DNA from: Azolla caroliniana
Lineage: Eukaryota > Plantae > Polypodiophyta
NCBI GenBank assembly: GCA_043228905.1
Contig: JBHGNT010000021.1
Location: 12,958,001 to 13,022,000 of the forward strand
Direction: 5' to 3'
Length of the DNA stretch: 64,000 nt
Part shown: positions 24,647 to 39,115 of the stretch, piece by piece
Layout of the letters: every line of letters starts with the position of its first letter
Position numbering within the stretch: the first letter of the stretch is position 1
Position numbers and translations under genes: made by a program
Notes under the pieces: model-generated
What the model was told of the DNA's origin: nothing
The model's input: only the letters and a program-made list of their open reading frames with translations
The model's database searches: none

Positions 24647-27347
24647 CAATGTTGTCTTTTGATGGCTAACATTGCCTGTCATGAGAACGGTATTCCAAAA
24701 ATTTTGCCTGTCAAATGACGTTTTGACAAAAAAATTGCCCTTCAAAAAGTAAATATGTCGAATATTCGTACTAAACAATATATTATGCCCTTCTATCCTT
24801 TGCATCTTTCCAAATTTCATATACATGATCCGATTGTATTTCTTCAATGTGTGGCCCATTCAATAAGACTCACATTAAATCATCTAAATGTTCTATATTC
24901 AATCGTTTTCTTTTCATCTCTTTGATGAGATTTTGCTTAGAGAACCCTCTCTCACACGAAACCGTGCTAGATGGAATAACCAAAGTAGCATGCCATAATT
25001 TCATCAAATGAGGGAAACTATCTTGCCAATCCTTCATTTTGCAAAACATACGCCAAGCTTCACGCATAGTATAGCCTTCACAATTTAAATGTAAAGTGTC
25101 AACAAGCCTAAAGAGTTCCATTTCACAAGCCTTTGTATCATGTAAAATTTGAAGACATGCATTGACATCAACATTTGGTTGTAAGTGAGAAATCAAAATT
25201 CCCAACCATGTCTTTGCTTTACTATCCCTAATCACATCATCCTCTGCATAATGGCATGGGTTGAATAATTTTGTTGCATTGAAGAGGCTTAAGCTTAAAT
25301 CGGGGAACCTTGCATTTAGTCCATCAATAATCTTTTGCAAATAATTTTGAGATAGTTGAATACAACTTTCAAGCATAGATTGACACATGTGCGAAATTCG
25401 TCATATTCTCCATGCGTGATATTCTCAATATTCGAGAATACGAAATGGCCCCAAGAATATTATAAAACCATTCGTTTTACAAAAATATATAAAATATTAA
25501 TTAATTCATTTTTTAAAATAAATTTAATTCATTAAAAAAAGAACAATCATTCATTAATAGATTATATACATATGATTAGTATTAACTCTCTTTTATAGTG
25601 TCAAATAAAAAATGGGGAAGTTTATGAACCTTTATTTTAATTAATTATTTAAAAAAAACGAATATTTGTATATTTATTATAGAAATATAATTAGTGTGAA
25701 GTCCAATTTTTAATATCAAAATAAAAATATCTATAATTTTTGAGAGAATAAAAAGTGAGGAATTAATGAACCTTTATTGTATTTTATTTATTTATTAAAA
25801 ATAAAACGAATACTTTTATATTTATTATAAAAATTTATTAGTGTCAAGTCCCTCTTTTAATGCCCCTTTTTATTGTGAAGTCCCCTTTTTTTTATCCCAG
25901 TAAACTAAAAAAGGAGGGAGTTCTTGGACTCTCTTTTTTGGGGGGGGGGGATAAACGAATACTTGACCATGCATTCGTATGCGTATTCGTATGCATTCAA
26001 ATGGGAAACCCCACAAATGCGAATATGTCAATCTATGCTTTCAAGTGATCCATCTATAAATGGCGTCATTCCCTTAGATTTTTCAATATTGAGATTCTTA
26101 TCATTATGACTTGCTTTATTCATGGGAATTTGTTTGAAGTATAGTTCATGTCTATATGTAATGCCATCTTTATCCTCTATGGAAAAAAAAAACAAGAAAG
26201 ACCTCCGCAAATTAGAAATAGTAATATCAATTTTTGCACCAATTGAAGTTACATCCAAATTTTCATTTTGAAGTTTCATTCTCAAAATATTCATCAAATG
26301 TAACACATCAGCCATCATACAAAAGCAAAATTGTACACTATAGATACAAGCTTAATTATACCACTCTTTTAAGTTCTCTTTCTTCCAAACAGTAAGTATT
26401 GAAAGCATTATACTCACTAGTCTTTCCATGACTTGACCACATGACAACCAACGAATATTATGAATTTGTAAGGGTCTATGAGCATCCAATTGCATTTTCT
26501 CCAAGAGCTCTAAAATTTCATGTGTTTGGTACTATTGTTAGCCCATGCATATACCGTATTTGCAATTTTTTCTACAAGAATGAGCTCACAGATATCTCTA
26601 GATATATCTAAAATAACCAATGCTTCTCTATGAGCAATACAATGTACACCAACCAAATTTGGGATATCATTTTTCATTAATGTTACTTTTCCAATTTCAC
26701 TACCAATCATTGATGACGCACCATTAGTGGTTAATCTAATCAACTTGTTCATGTTGAGGCATCAATCCCCTAATATGTTTAACATGTGTTCATATATAGT
26801 TCTACCTTTACCATTGGGAATTTTCAACAAACCCATATATTCAATTTCCTTAGGCCCACAACCACCACATTGCAAGTATGTAATATACACAATGAGGTGC
26901 AACTCTAATCCATTGTCAATACTTTCATCTAGCATCAAAGAGTAGATGGGGAATTTATTACGTTTGAGCTTTGAATTTCTAGAAGATATTTCCCAAAGGC
27001 AACCAAAAATTCATATCCTCCATATCCACTAGTATAAGATATATAATCATGTTGCTTAGGCATATTAGGCACCTCTAGTAGCATACCCAAATCACATAAT
27101 TCTTGGTATGTAGCAATAGCCTATACTATATGCCATAGCCTATGAATTGTAATTTGTAACTACTAATACATGTACAATTGTTTTGGCCTTAGCAAAATTT
27201 GACGGTATTAACAAAATTAAAACCTTCATTTTTACGTTTTTATAAAATCTATGCCCGTCAAGATTGACGGTTTCATTTTTCAATCAACCTTCATATATGG
27301 TTAAATTTGCCAAAAAGGACCAAAAAGGCCGTCAAAAGACAACACTG
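24647..27347 (-). mobile_element. Defective hAT transposon (ZNF862-like transposase pseudogene)
   Basis: TIRs CAATGTTGTCTTTTGATGGC / GCCGTCAAAAGACAACACTG; TSD CATGGATG/CATGTATG. Motifs MLDES, TTNGASSMIG, HCIAHREAL, RWLS and dimerisation domain PSSTVSCERGFS. Many stops. Confidence 0.92.
25374..26037. mobile_element. hAT-type MITE nested in the hAT transposase
   Basis: TIR CATAGATTGACA...TGTCAATCTATG, perfect 8-bp TSD CTTTCAAG, CGAAT/ATTCG subterminal motifs. Confidence 0.93.
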
Positions 27348-28862
27348 CATGTATGTGCACGATCTATTTGTATACTTGATGTTTAATGGCATTGCTATCA
27401 AATCTAACACATATTATTATCATAGACATGCCTCTTATCGTATTTTATATTAAATAGATGAAGTAAAATGTAGGGATCTTTTTTTTTCCCCCCAAAAAAG
27501 AGCTACTTTCCCACTTGTTAGGAGAGATTTTTACTAAAAGACTATACAAGATGGCTTATATATAAATCGGAGAATCATCCCCCTAGCTAACTTCAAGAAT
27601 AGGAGACCACTGATTCCCAGATGAGTTCAAGAATATGAGACTATGTACATATCCTCTCCTACTTTCTACTTAATGCAAGTAGGTACCTAGAGCTATAAAC
27701 TAGTGGCAAACATTGCCGGCCAGCACGAGCCTGATCCTCTGGCCTTCAATGGAGGGAGGGTGGGAGGTGATGTTTCCTAAATTCTAGGCATGTTATGTCA
27801 AATGATGTGGATATGTATGGAAGGATTAGGTGTCTATACTTGAATAACTCTAGCTATTACAAAACTCTAAATCATTCCCTTATTAGTTGTACAAATGCCA
27901 TCTAGTGAAGTGACCTTGAAAATTATTTGTTTAACCACACAACTAGAGGTCATTTGAAAATTCCATGATTCCAACATAGTTAAGGGGCATAAGCAAGTAA
28001 AGATATCAAAATATTTTGTTATCTTGGATCACAAATATGGCCTATAGGACAAAAGAAAAATATTTCAAATAGAGTATGTGCAGTTGATAATTTGCAATTG
28101 ATGTTCAAGAATTCCACGAATGAATGTTGCAATTGAGAGCGCACACTGTGATGGAGAGGGAGGTTAGATTTGAAAATGTTGAGAATGTAAACTTGAATAT
28201 AATAAAAGATGGAGAATTGTAGGAGAGTCTAATAAACAAAATCTCAATCAATGCCAATGGATCTCCTCAATAATGGCCCCAATGTATTGTCTCACATCAA
28301 GAAAATGGGAGTTCAGTATCATGATGAGAAGGGATGGAAGAACTACCATGTATTTATTGGTTTGCCCATTCGAAAAAGCATATGGTTTTTGTAGTTTGGT
28401 GCATACATATGTAAAATATTGGGAAACATGAGTCTCCACATCTCAATATATGCAATTACCTTTATTGAACGCCTTTATAAGCATAACCTTTGTTTTGGAG
28501 ATATATATATATATATATATATATATTTCATTCCATTAGTTATAAAATTTTACAAATGAGACAATTATGTACAAATCCATGAAGGGACGCGATAGTTCCA
28601 TCTTATGTGGATGCCCCATGACGGGATCTTGTAGTGGCAGTGACATAAATCGTCACCAACATTCTATACTTTTTCCTAGACCTTCTGCAATGTATCCCCA
28701 TGACAACCCCTTATGTGATCCCAATAGTTGATTAGATTCATCCTTGATACATGCATGCAAACATTTTCCAAGACACTCGTATGTTTCGACATATCTTTTA
28801 AAGTACATGGCTAAAACGTCCCATTATATGCACATAGCAAAAAAGCATGATTATTCCCCTGT

Positions 28863-29120
28863 CAATGGTAACTTTGTCATGTTTTCTAGCTATAAAAGTT
28901 CATTAACAAATTAATCTAAGTTACCAACCTCAACCTTGATTAACACTTACAAGTTCTAGTGAAGACATTTGAAACTCAATATCCTATAAGCCAATGGTAA
29001 CTTTTTCATGTTTTCTAACTATAAAAATTCATTAACAAATTAATCTAAGTTACCAACCTCAACCTTGATTAACACTTACAGGTTCTAGTGAAGACATTTG
29101 AAACTCCATATCCTATAAGC
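28863..29120. repeat. Tandem duplication, 2 x 129 bp
   Basis: CAATGGTAACTTT...TATCCTATAAGC repeated with few mismatches. Confidence 0.92.
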
Positions 29121-29823
29121 ACACAACATTTTACTTTCTTGTAGATGCAAGAAGTTGCCAACATATACTCATTTGATACTTCTAGTGAAGTGATTACAAA
29201 CTCTTGTACTTAGGGAATTGATATGATAATACAAACCCTAGAGAATATAGGTGAAGCCAATCCAAGAGAAAAAGGCCAAGAACTTTCAATTTGAACTTAT
29301 CAACTTCAAGAGGAAATGTTGAGCTTTTCCAATCAAAGTTTTAAACACTTTCCCTCATTCATTTTATTAATAGATTTGTTAGTGTGCGCCCATTCATAAT
29401 CCAATAAAGAAATTGATAAGTACATGTTACATTGGCAAGCTAACACATCTATCATATTCATGTAGATTGTTTTTGTTTTATATTGAAGAAATAAAACAAT
29501 CAACTTACAAGAGGTTCTACATCTTGGCCTATAATTGGATGTGCTTGTTTATCGGAAGAAGAAAAGCTTTAAAACCATATATATAGCAATGACCAATTCC
29601 TCTCATGAAAAGGTGCAAATCAAGAATGAATGGGACTTTAAATTGAATGAATGCTATACCTGTACAAATTTTATGTTTCATCGCAAATAAGATGAATAAA
29701 CCAAATTATGAACAATTGAATGAATGCTATAGGACAGGAGTGTGATTTATGCACCAATCATCCATCTTGTTGTCACATGCCAAGTTGATTGATTGGTAAG
29801 AATCTTTGAGAAAGTGGCCTAGT

Positions 29824-32800
29824 CTAAGCAACAGTTCCCGAAAGAATTGAATCCTCATCCAGGGTAGCTTCACGCTTGTCTTCGGAGAGCATGCTATGTT
29901 TCATCCCATATAACAAATATATAAATACACCCACTATCAACCATATGCCTACTTTTAGCCATGTTGAGAGCCTGCAAAAGTATATGTCATCATTAACACA
30001 CACAAGATTGGTTATGGCTACTAATAATTAATCAACATGGTTGATTAGTGGATCTGCCTTCCTCAGATGAAGAGATAATGCACTCACAGTTACCATTCCT
30101 TGATTAGATTACTTACCCAAGATTGGCAAGAAGGTAAATATTGATCAAGATGCTTAGTAAAGGAAGCCATGGAACAAATGGACAAATAAACCCTGGCACA
30201 CATGTATATGATCCAGTGAGATAGAGACAGATTTTAATAGATAAAATACTCCATCCAGAATGAATAGACTTTCAAAATACTACCTCCAGAATGTCCAAAT
30301 GTATGCCTTCCCTTGCTTTGATCCAAAAGACCCAACACTACTGAACCGCTGATGAAGACACAAGCACCCATGGACCCAAGCACCCATCTTAACCAACTAT
30401 AGTGCACACCATTAAGATCAATAAAGTTGGTTAATGTTTTCATATGTAACCATATGATGCTATCTACATATCTAGTGATCCACCTATAGACTCAGCGCCG
30501 AAAAAAAATTCAGAACAAACCCTAAAAAACTCAGTGGATAGATATCTTTACCTGGGGAGAAGTTCACCACATGCACCAACCGCAATGAGAACAGATCCAA
30601 TAACTGAAGCCAAAATGCTCATTTCCCCCACCCAATGGCTTGTACCCTTCTCATCGCCTGCAAGGTACAAAGCACCTTAAAAAATATCATATTACTGAGA
30701 ATTTGTTAAAGATTCGAAATCAACAGAATTTTACCGATATCTAGGCTTTTATTTGCAAGTTTCTCTTTTGGATTGTTGAGCAAGGGGACAGTTTTTTCTT
30801 GTTGGGCATCTTGTGATGTCACATCGAATGGGAAAAGATTGGTGAAAGTAGGGATTGTTGAGGGTGGCGTGGCATCAAAGGGAATAAGAGGTTCATTGTC
30901 TGGGGGTATGTACCTAAGAATGAGAATTGAGATTCCCACGATAGCAAATGCAAGCAATGTGCCCACACTTACCTATTGCCAAAAAAAGTCAAATTGCCTC
31001 TAGTTTTATATAGAGATTCAGAATTATATGTAGTTTTACATAGAAACTTGTATGTACAACGTTTTTAAGAGCATGAAACCAATGAAAACATTCTCACTAT
31101 CAGGTTAACAAACAAAAATTCCAATTCAAATCTATTTTTCTCTATTGTATCTTATAACTGGTTTATGCTATGTGAGGCAAGAATTTAAAGCATATTTAGT
31201 ATCTTCCTTTCATAATAGCTATGAAATCTTAGTTCGACCAAGGTGGCTATAAAGACCTTTTTCTCTTCTTACCATGCCCGACAACTCATCCACATCCATG
31301 AAAAAACACAAGATCATTGCAGCGAATCCTGTCATGATTGTGCCATTAATGGGAACCCATGTGCGTTGGCTGATATTCTGAAAAAAACGTGGGAGCAGTC
31401 CATCTCGTGCCATAGCCAGTAGGATTCTGGGCTGCAAAGATGGGTACAAATAAGCTGAAGAATTTCCAAAACCTGCATCATATCATTTAACATGATCCTA
31501 CTTTGGACAAGGGTGTGGTTCAATATTTTTAAATCTGATAAAGGTTGTTTGGCATATACCACCCAATATCTAAGGGTATTTTTTATCAGAAACTTCTTGT
31601 ATGCTGCCCAATATTTAAGGGTATTTTGAACATTATCACAATATTATACCCTAAATGTTAAGACCATGACCAGGTTGGTCAAAGGCTTTTTGTGTCGATT
31701 CCCAAAGTTTAAGGACTGTTTGTGCTCATCTAGTCAAAACCTAAGGGCTTACCTGTGGAAGAAGAGAACCCATGAGTGTGGAGCATAGAGCAGACACAGC
31801 ACCAGCAGACACTATATACCTACAAAAAACCCATATCAAGGGAAAAAACAACAGTGTTCTACTAGCTGCACAATTTTGTTTCAAATCTTATATGCCCTGA
31901 TGAGTCAATTTTTCTAGATGGCCTCTATCGAGATCTTCCATCGTCAATCTACATGAATTTAGAATAACAACACTGGATCCTAACGATGATTAAATTAAAC
32001 AGGGGTAAAAAACTATAATTACATTGCCCAATTGATTCCGTAGCGTGAGAAAGCAGACGAGATGGGCGTGTTTGAATCCATCTCATCATAAGGCACAATT
32101 CCAACAATGACAGCTGATACAAGCATATAAAGGCATCCACATATTGACAGTGAAATACCAATCCCAAGAGGCAAGTCTCTTCGAGGGTTTTTAACCTATA
32201 TCAAAAAAACCAAAATTTAAGGTTATTTTCTTTTAAAAGATTTCCATTGAATTCAAAGTCAAAATAATACCTCTTCAGCAGTGCTCGCCACAGTATCAAA
32301 ACCGATGTAGGAGAAAAAGACTGTTGCTGCACCTCCAAGCATTCCATTAATTCCAAATGGTAGATATCTGCAAACAAAAGCATTCAAAGTTAAATTCTCT
32401 GAATTAAAAAAACATCCTTCAAACCAACTCATTTCTCCATTTAATAATTACAAGCATTATTCTAGAGAATATGCTTATTTTTAGTATTTCAAATATCACT
32501 GGATTGATTTTAAAACATAGTTTATATAATACACATATTATCTGCTCAATGTCAATGATTAGCAGTAAGGCCAAACCTGACAGGAAAAGAAAGGATACTA
32601 CCTAAAGAAGGAAGACATGAAACGCATACAATCCACCACCATGGTTTCTTTTAGTGTGCTAAATAATTCCAGCATTTTGGTTTTTTAGCTTGTATATGTT
32701 CTGCTAAAGTAACCTTATTCAATTACTCATAGAAAAGATACCCTGCAAAAGGTTTTTTTAAATCAACATATGAAGGCTCAGAGGAGTAAAGAGTTCGAGA

Positions 32801-34344
32801 TGAAGGATTTGGGGGAAGCCAAGAAGATTCTCGGCATGGAGATAAGTAGGGACAGATAGAGGAACAAACTTTGGCTGTCACAGAAGCAGTATTTGAAGAA
32901 GATACTACAACGTTTTGGTATGTACGATGATACAAAACCTGTAAGTACTCCACTTGCTCCTCATTTGAAACTGAGTAGCCGATTATCTCCAACAACTGAT
33001 GAAGGGCGAGAATGCATGGCGAAAGTCCTGTATGCAAATGCAGTTGGAAGCTTGATGTATGCGATGGTGTGTACAAGACCCGAAATTTCGCAAGCTGTTA
33101 GTATTGTTCGCAGGTATATGCATGATCCAGGCAAGGGTCATTGGCAAGCTGTGAAATGGATTCTGCAGTATCTTCAAAATACCATGGATGTTGGCAGAGT
33201 ATATGGCAATTACAGAGGCTGTGAAGGAGGCAATTTGGCTTCATGGGCTGCTTAAAGACTTGGGAGTTGGTCAGAAACAACTTGATGTGTATTCTGACAG
33301 TCAGTGCTATTCATTTAGCAAAGAACCAAGTCTTTCACGCACGGAAGAAGCACATTGATGTTCACTATCATTTTGTGCAGGAAATTCTAGAAGAGGAGGA
33401 GATACTTCTCTAGAAGATTCATACTACGGAGAATCCTGCAGATATGCTGACCAAGGTGGTTACAAGGGTCAAGTTTGAACACTGTTTAGACTTGGTTAAT
33501 ATCATGCACATTTTAAGTTGGCGCCTCACGGCGCAAATTTGGAAGCTCCGCAAAGACTGTTTTATTATTTGTTTGTTTGAGAAGATTTGTATTTGGTAGG
33601 ATAGGAGATTGGGCCAAGGTGGAGATTTGTTGATTCTTCGGCCCATTCTTTTACCCTTCATAGGAAATGGGGTATTTGGGGAGGTGGTTTGGGAGTTATA
33701 AATAAGCTCCTCTTCCTCTTAGTTTTTGAATCCCAATCCCAATCTTGTATTCTTTTCTCCCAATTTTAATAGAGCAGGCTGCTTTGGAGGACGTAGGCTT
33801 AATTGGACGAACTCGTTAAATTCTGGTTTGTTTTTTTCTCTATTTAATAGCTTTATTTTTTGGTTATAATTAGTTAGTTATTTTGCTATAAATAACTAAG
33901 AATATTTTGACGCTTCTGCAACACCTCCAACAGCCATCTGCCATTTCCATCTTCTCTTGAATGTGATACAAATCATTTGTAAAAGATGCTATATCAATTT
34001 CAGTAATAAATTGCACATAAGTTTCCTGTACAATGTGCATACACACGAATCCAAGTTCAAACAAACATTGAAAACATATATAAAAAGATAAAAAAGCAAT
34101 GAGAAGTAAATGAAGTATTGGAAATGATGTAAAAAACATATACCAAGCCTTACCCATCTCCTACTCTGTAACCGATCCAATCTGTTTTGAAACCAATTGC
34201 AGATCCAGCAGCAATGACAAATACAAGAACTAGGACATTCGCAGAAGTAATGATTGATTGCACTGTTACACTCTGTCATTGAAAACCAGGATAGTCCTAA
34301 TGTCATTTTCTTACAGAAATTACTTAAGGGGCAGGTGAAATACA

Positions 34345-34380
<36 letters not shown>

Positions 34381-34574
34381 TACCCCAAGGGACTTAGTGG
34401 AATGAATAGTTCTCTTTTTCATTTTCACACCAACTATCAATATACATGCATGCATGTTTTTCCACAGCACTGAATTAGGAACATAATAGTGTAACTTATA
34501 TAATAAAATATGCAACAGCTAAATTTGATCATCTCAACAATCAGAAAGAGTCCTTACCGACATTGAACTATTTG

Positions 34575-34614
<40 letters not shown>

Positions 34615-37600
34615 ACTTAGTGGAATGAATAGTTCTCATTTTCATTTTCACACCAAGTATCAACACCCATGCATGCATGTTTTCTCACAGCATTGAATTA
34701 GGAACATAATAGTGTAACTTATATAATAAAATATGCAACAGCTAAATTTGATCATCTCAACAATCAGAAAGCGTCCTTACCAACATTGAACAATTTGATC
34801 ATATATATATATATACCCCAAGGGACTTAGTGGAATGAATAGTTATTTTTTTCATTTTCACACCAACTATCAATACACATGCATGCATGTTTTTTCACAG
34901 CACTGAATTAGGAACATAATAGTGTAACTTATATAATAAAATATGCAACAGCTAAATTTGATCATCTCAAATATCAGAAAGAGTCCTTACTGACATTGAG
35001 CAATTTGTATTTAAGCATCAAATATTTTGATGGAATGGTTTTTGGCTTTGACATGCATGCTTTTCACATTGTTCAATAGGATGCATGTTTTTGCAAAAAT
35101 TTACATAGGAACAAAATATTTTAGACCTGCAAATATTCTCAGCACGTGCATAAGAGCGATACCAATGGAACCAACCATCTACACCAAAAGATGATTATAA
35201 TATACGGATTTAATCATTTCCTAATGGTAAAGAAATCAAGAGGGATTCCATATAGAATGCATACGTGTGTGTAGAGAATGCAAAGTGAATGTAAATAATA
35301 CTCACGAAAGATCAAACTAAGTGAAACTATGAAGGAGGAAAAAACCAATCATGGAAATACTTATATATATCAGAAAACTGTTTTAGTAACCATCAAACCC
35401 CCATAGATTGTTAGAAAATATGGTTTCTTTGTGCATAAATCTGTATGCATGAGAGGAAAAGGAATATATACAAGCACCTTAAAGAGGAATTGACACCCAA
35501 AACATGACTACAAGTGATATTGGGTATCTATCTCACGAGTGCAGAATAAAGAACAAAATAACTTGAGAAAAATTTGATTTGATATGCTGGTCTAGATCTG
35601 CACTTATAAGGGCTGTACGTGAAGTTTCTCCTAAACCATACTATGAAATCATTTCCTATGTCATAACCCATCTCCTCTCTACATGATTCACCTCGTTGTA
35701 AATTGAATGAGTAATCCAATTTCAAAATAACATTGCATACCTCCCTGGTTAATTATTATGGGCAGCTTGTGCATCAACAGTTCCCAATAGGATTATCACC
35801 TACCAATTGGTGTCTCCTAAAGGATTCCGAATAATTTGGACTTCGTAAACTTCAATGTCAATACATCACGTGGATACTCTTTCAATAGCTTTACCATATA
35901 AGTTGGATGTTCAATTCTCAGTTGGATTATCATTTAAATATTGGTGCCTCATAAAGATTGCCTTATAATCTGACCTTAACAGATTTGAAAGTCAATGCAA
36001 CACGCAATTACTCTTTCAATATATTTAAACCATAGAAGTTGCTGTAACATGGCCTTAATAAACTTGACAGGTAGTATTTATTGACATATGCTTCTCACAT
36101 TCGATTTATCTTTTAGGTTTCCTTTTGCTTTTTGTAAGATCATTTTCACATCTACAATCAAGTTTCTTCTGTTTTCACAAAAAAATTCTCTTTTGCCTAA
36201 TTCTACAATTCACAGTTACTCATAGGAAGCTGAGTTCTATGTGTCTCCAATGTAACAACAAGCTGTTAAAAGCTACTTGTCATAGTTGCTTTTGGCTGCA
36301 GAGAGCTTTCAAGAATCAAAATGCCATCAGATGCAATCACTCATCTTCAGCTTTGACACTAAGAACCTTGGAAAGCTTCCTCTGGCCTCAGATTCCATGA
36401 GATGCATACCTCTTCCAAAAACTAATAAGAGAGGTAACAATTCCAACCTTGGAATATTCTCTGATTAACTTCCAAGGAAGGAATATCAAATATCTTTCAC
36501 TGTTTGGGATGTCTGTACTCTAGAATAGTCTGGGCCTTATTCGGATACCTTTATCCAGTAATTTCTCATGGATACCAGTCAAATAATATGTTGATCCTCT
36601 TCTCTTTAAGAGAAAATCAGGATGTCATCAAGATAAATCATTGGTGTTTAAAAGACAACAAATTTTGTTAATGAATTTTCATCAGCGAAAAGATACAGGG
36701 ATGCTATGAATTGCATCCTTTGGGAAGTTCAATTGCATTATTATGATCATTCTGAATAGTCCAGATGACAATTTTGCCGAGCAACCAATAATGCCAAAAG
36801 AAAGCAAACAGTGGAAATATAAAAAAGCTTCCTGGAATGCAACCAGAGACGACATACTTTTCCTTGTAAACATTCACAAAATAATTCCCTAATCAATAAA
36901 ACCACGAATTCAAGTAAAACACAAAATTTTCACATACGATAATCATAAAAAAATACCTCTTTTACACCTGCACATAAGAGAGTTGTAGCAATTATGACTA
37001 TAATAGCAGCACAAGGATCAATCACGATCTCTGTTCCAGGTATGGTTGTTCTTGACAGCCATACAGGCAGGTTATCTTCCCCACCAATCAGCACTGCCTG
37101 TGGACCATGTAAGCACATTATTTTAGTCTAATTAAGTTATAGAATCGCATGTAATAGTATCATGAACTCACTGGAAACACCGAGTAACCACATTGATCTT
37201 TATTATTTCACTAAAATAATCAATACGTGCATGCAAACAACAGCTAGAAAATCATATCGCTCAAATTCAATATCTCAGAGGATTGTCAGCCTTTGTCCAG
37301 ATACATACCACATTTGGAGATATGCCTCGTGCTACTGCCGCTCCACCCACAGTATACTCTAATATCAAAGCCCAGCCAATAAGCCATGCGACCCTATAAA
37401 AGAACACCCTTCCCTTTTGGAAAAAACAGATATATAGAAAACCTGACATTCCAATCTCGTGTGTTTTGGTTAAAAGTAAATTTATTTTACAATCCTGTAC
37501 CAAATTTTGGTTTAGAAAACCACTCAACATTCCAATGAGAGGTTATTTAACAGAATTGAGGTTATAAACAATCTTATATAGCTCTTACCCCTCCCCGACA

Positions 37601-38948
37601 CAAAGATATGCATAATGGTATGCACTGCCAGCAGATGGGCATCGGCTTGCAAGCTCAGCATAGCATAAGGCAGAAAGAGCTGCCGCAATGCCCGCAATGA
37701 GAAAACATAGTGTTAATGCTGGTCCAGAGTGCTCTCTAGCGACAGTCCCCACAAGAACATATACACCTGCTCCTAATGTCGATCCCACGCCTGCATCGAA
37801 GGACGAGGAAACCAAGCAGAATGAGACTCCCCACATTTCTCAAAAAGTTTTCATATTTCAAACAAGACTTTTTGGGGGGTCGGGGGGATGAGATCTTTTT
37901 TCCCTGCTTTAATTTTAAAAAGATGATTGCCATTTGACGTTGATGATGTTCAAAGTTTTACAACTAGAGAAGAAGTACATCTTGATTGCGAACTTCATAC
38001 TCTTTTTTCAACATGCATAATATATATTCAGTGTTTTAAGTCATTTATGGAGGGTATACCATACCAGTTGCTCTTATCCATGGATGCACCACTCTCTACA
38101 TGGTTGGTATGGATGGTTATGCCCCTCATGCACAATTTGATCCCATCCCAGAATTCAATAGCACGAGTTTAAATGTTGGGGCCAAGGGATTATGAATGCA
38201 CGCACACACAATTTTAAATTTTAATAGTATTTCATAATGGCTATCCTTTTAGGCTAGTTAGGTGCACAAAGACCTTAAAATGGATATGTAAAAGGCTAGT
38301 TACTCTAGTGTACATTTTTTTTCTTCATTGGTTATTCTTCTTAATCACACTATAGTTATTTCCTTTCTTTGGACAGTGCCTCCTCTATCTTTTCTAGCTA
38401 CATGTAGGCTCATCGCATTATCCATGTTTCAAAGCCTATATATCTGAAGCTAGTCTCAAAATGAATGTAACGAGATCAATTAATATCTTAAGAATTTTGG
38501 TACCATGACTGTATCCAAATATATGATCATGAACCAAGTTCGTTGATCCTCTTGTGACCTACCCACAAACTGAACTTGTCAATACTAGGAATTAGGGTTA
38601 TGAGATGGGAAATGTCCGCTAAGTTTTTTCTTTGATTTTCCTTGGCCGAGAATGAAAGAGTGTATGCTGTAAGGGAACAATAGAACGAACTAATTGAAAT
38701 TCTATCTTCATAGATAAATAAATTGATCACTGTTGATTGATTCTTATTTTCCTAGATAAATAAACTAAAAATCATTGACTGATTAAGAAATATGTGTTGG
38801 GTTTATGGGAGCTCTTACCAATGGGGATGAGCTGAAAGATAGAGAGGTTCTTGGCAAGTTCAGTGTAGTGTCTATGCGATGCATCCACACGTTTGCGTCT
38901 CCCAAGCTTCCCGATGATCGAATCTCCACTGAAAATTTCATAACCCAT
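29824..38948 (-). CDS. Cationic amino acid transporter (APC family, CAT2/3/4-like); 14 exons: 38948-38819, 37790-37589, 37393-37309, 37097-36957, 34272-34154, 32367-32271, 32195-32023, 31819-31753, 31431-31273, 30972-30735, 30657-30552, 30396-30284, 30192-30117, 29971-29824
   Basis: [75 protein letters not shown]. All GT-AG borders in phase; stop TAG at 29824. Confidence 0.93.
32770..33923 (+). mobile_element. Copia (Tork-like) 3' fragment in CAT intron 5: RT/RNase H remnant, PPT and LTR 33628-33923
   Basis: [60 protein letters not shown] followed by TGTTG...GCAACA. Confidence 0.9.
34384..35005. repeat. Three tandem ~200-bp units separated by (TA)n tracts in CAT intron 4
   Basis: GGACTTAGTGGAATGAATAGTT...ACATTGA repeated at about 34389, 34613 and 34823. 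Confidence 0.92.
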
Positions 38949-39063
38949 CAGATCCAATTGATCAAACCATCGATCCTAAACCATATAACACCAGAAGAAA
39001 GAATAGGAAATATTGTTCTCTTCCCTTCCCTTCTCTTCTCTTCTATTCTAATGATCTCTATCT

Positions 39064-39067
<4 letters not shown>

Positions 39068-39115
<48 letters not shown>

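Noticed and set aside
27516-27781. TGTTAGGA...TCCTAA as a solo LTR
   Set aside because: No terminal CA and no TSD.
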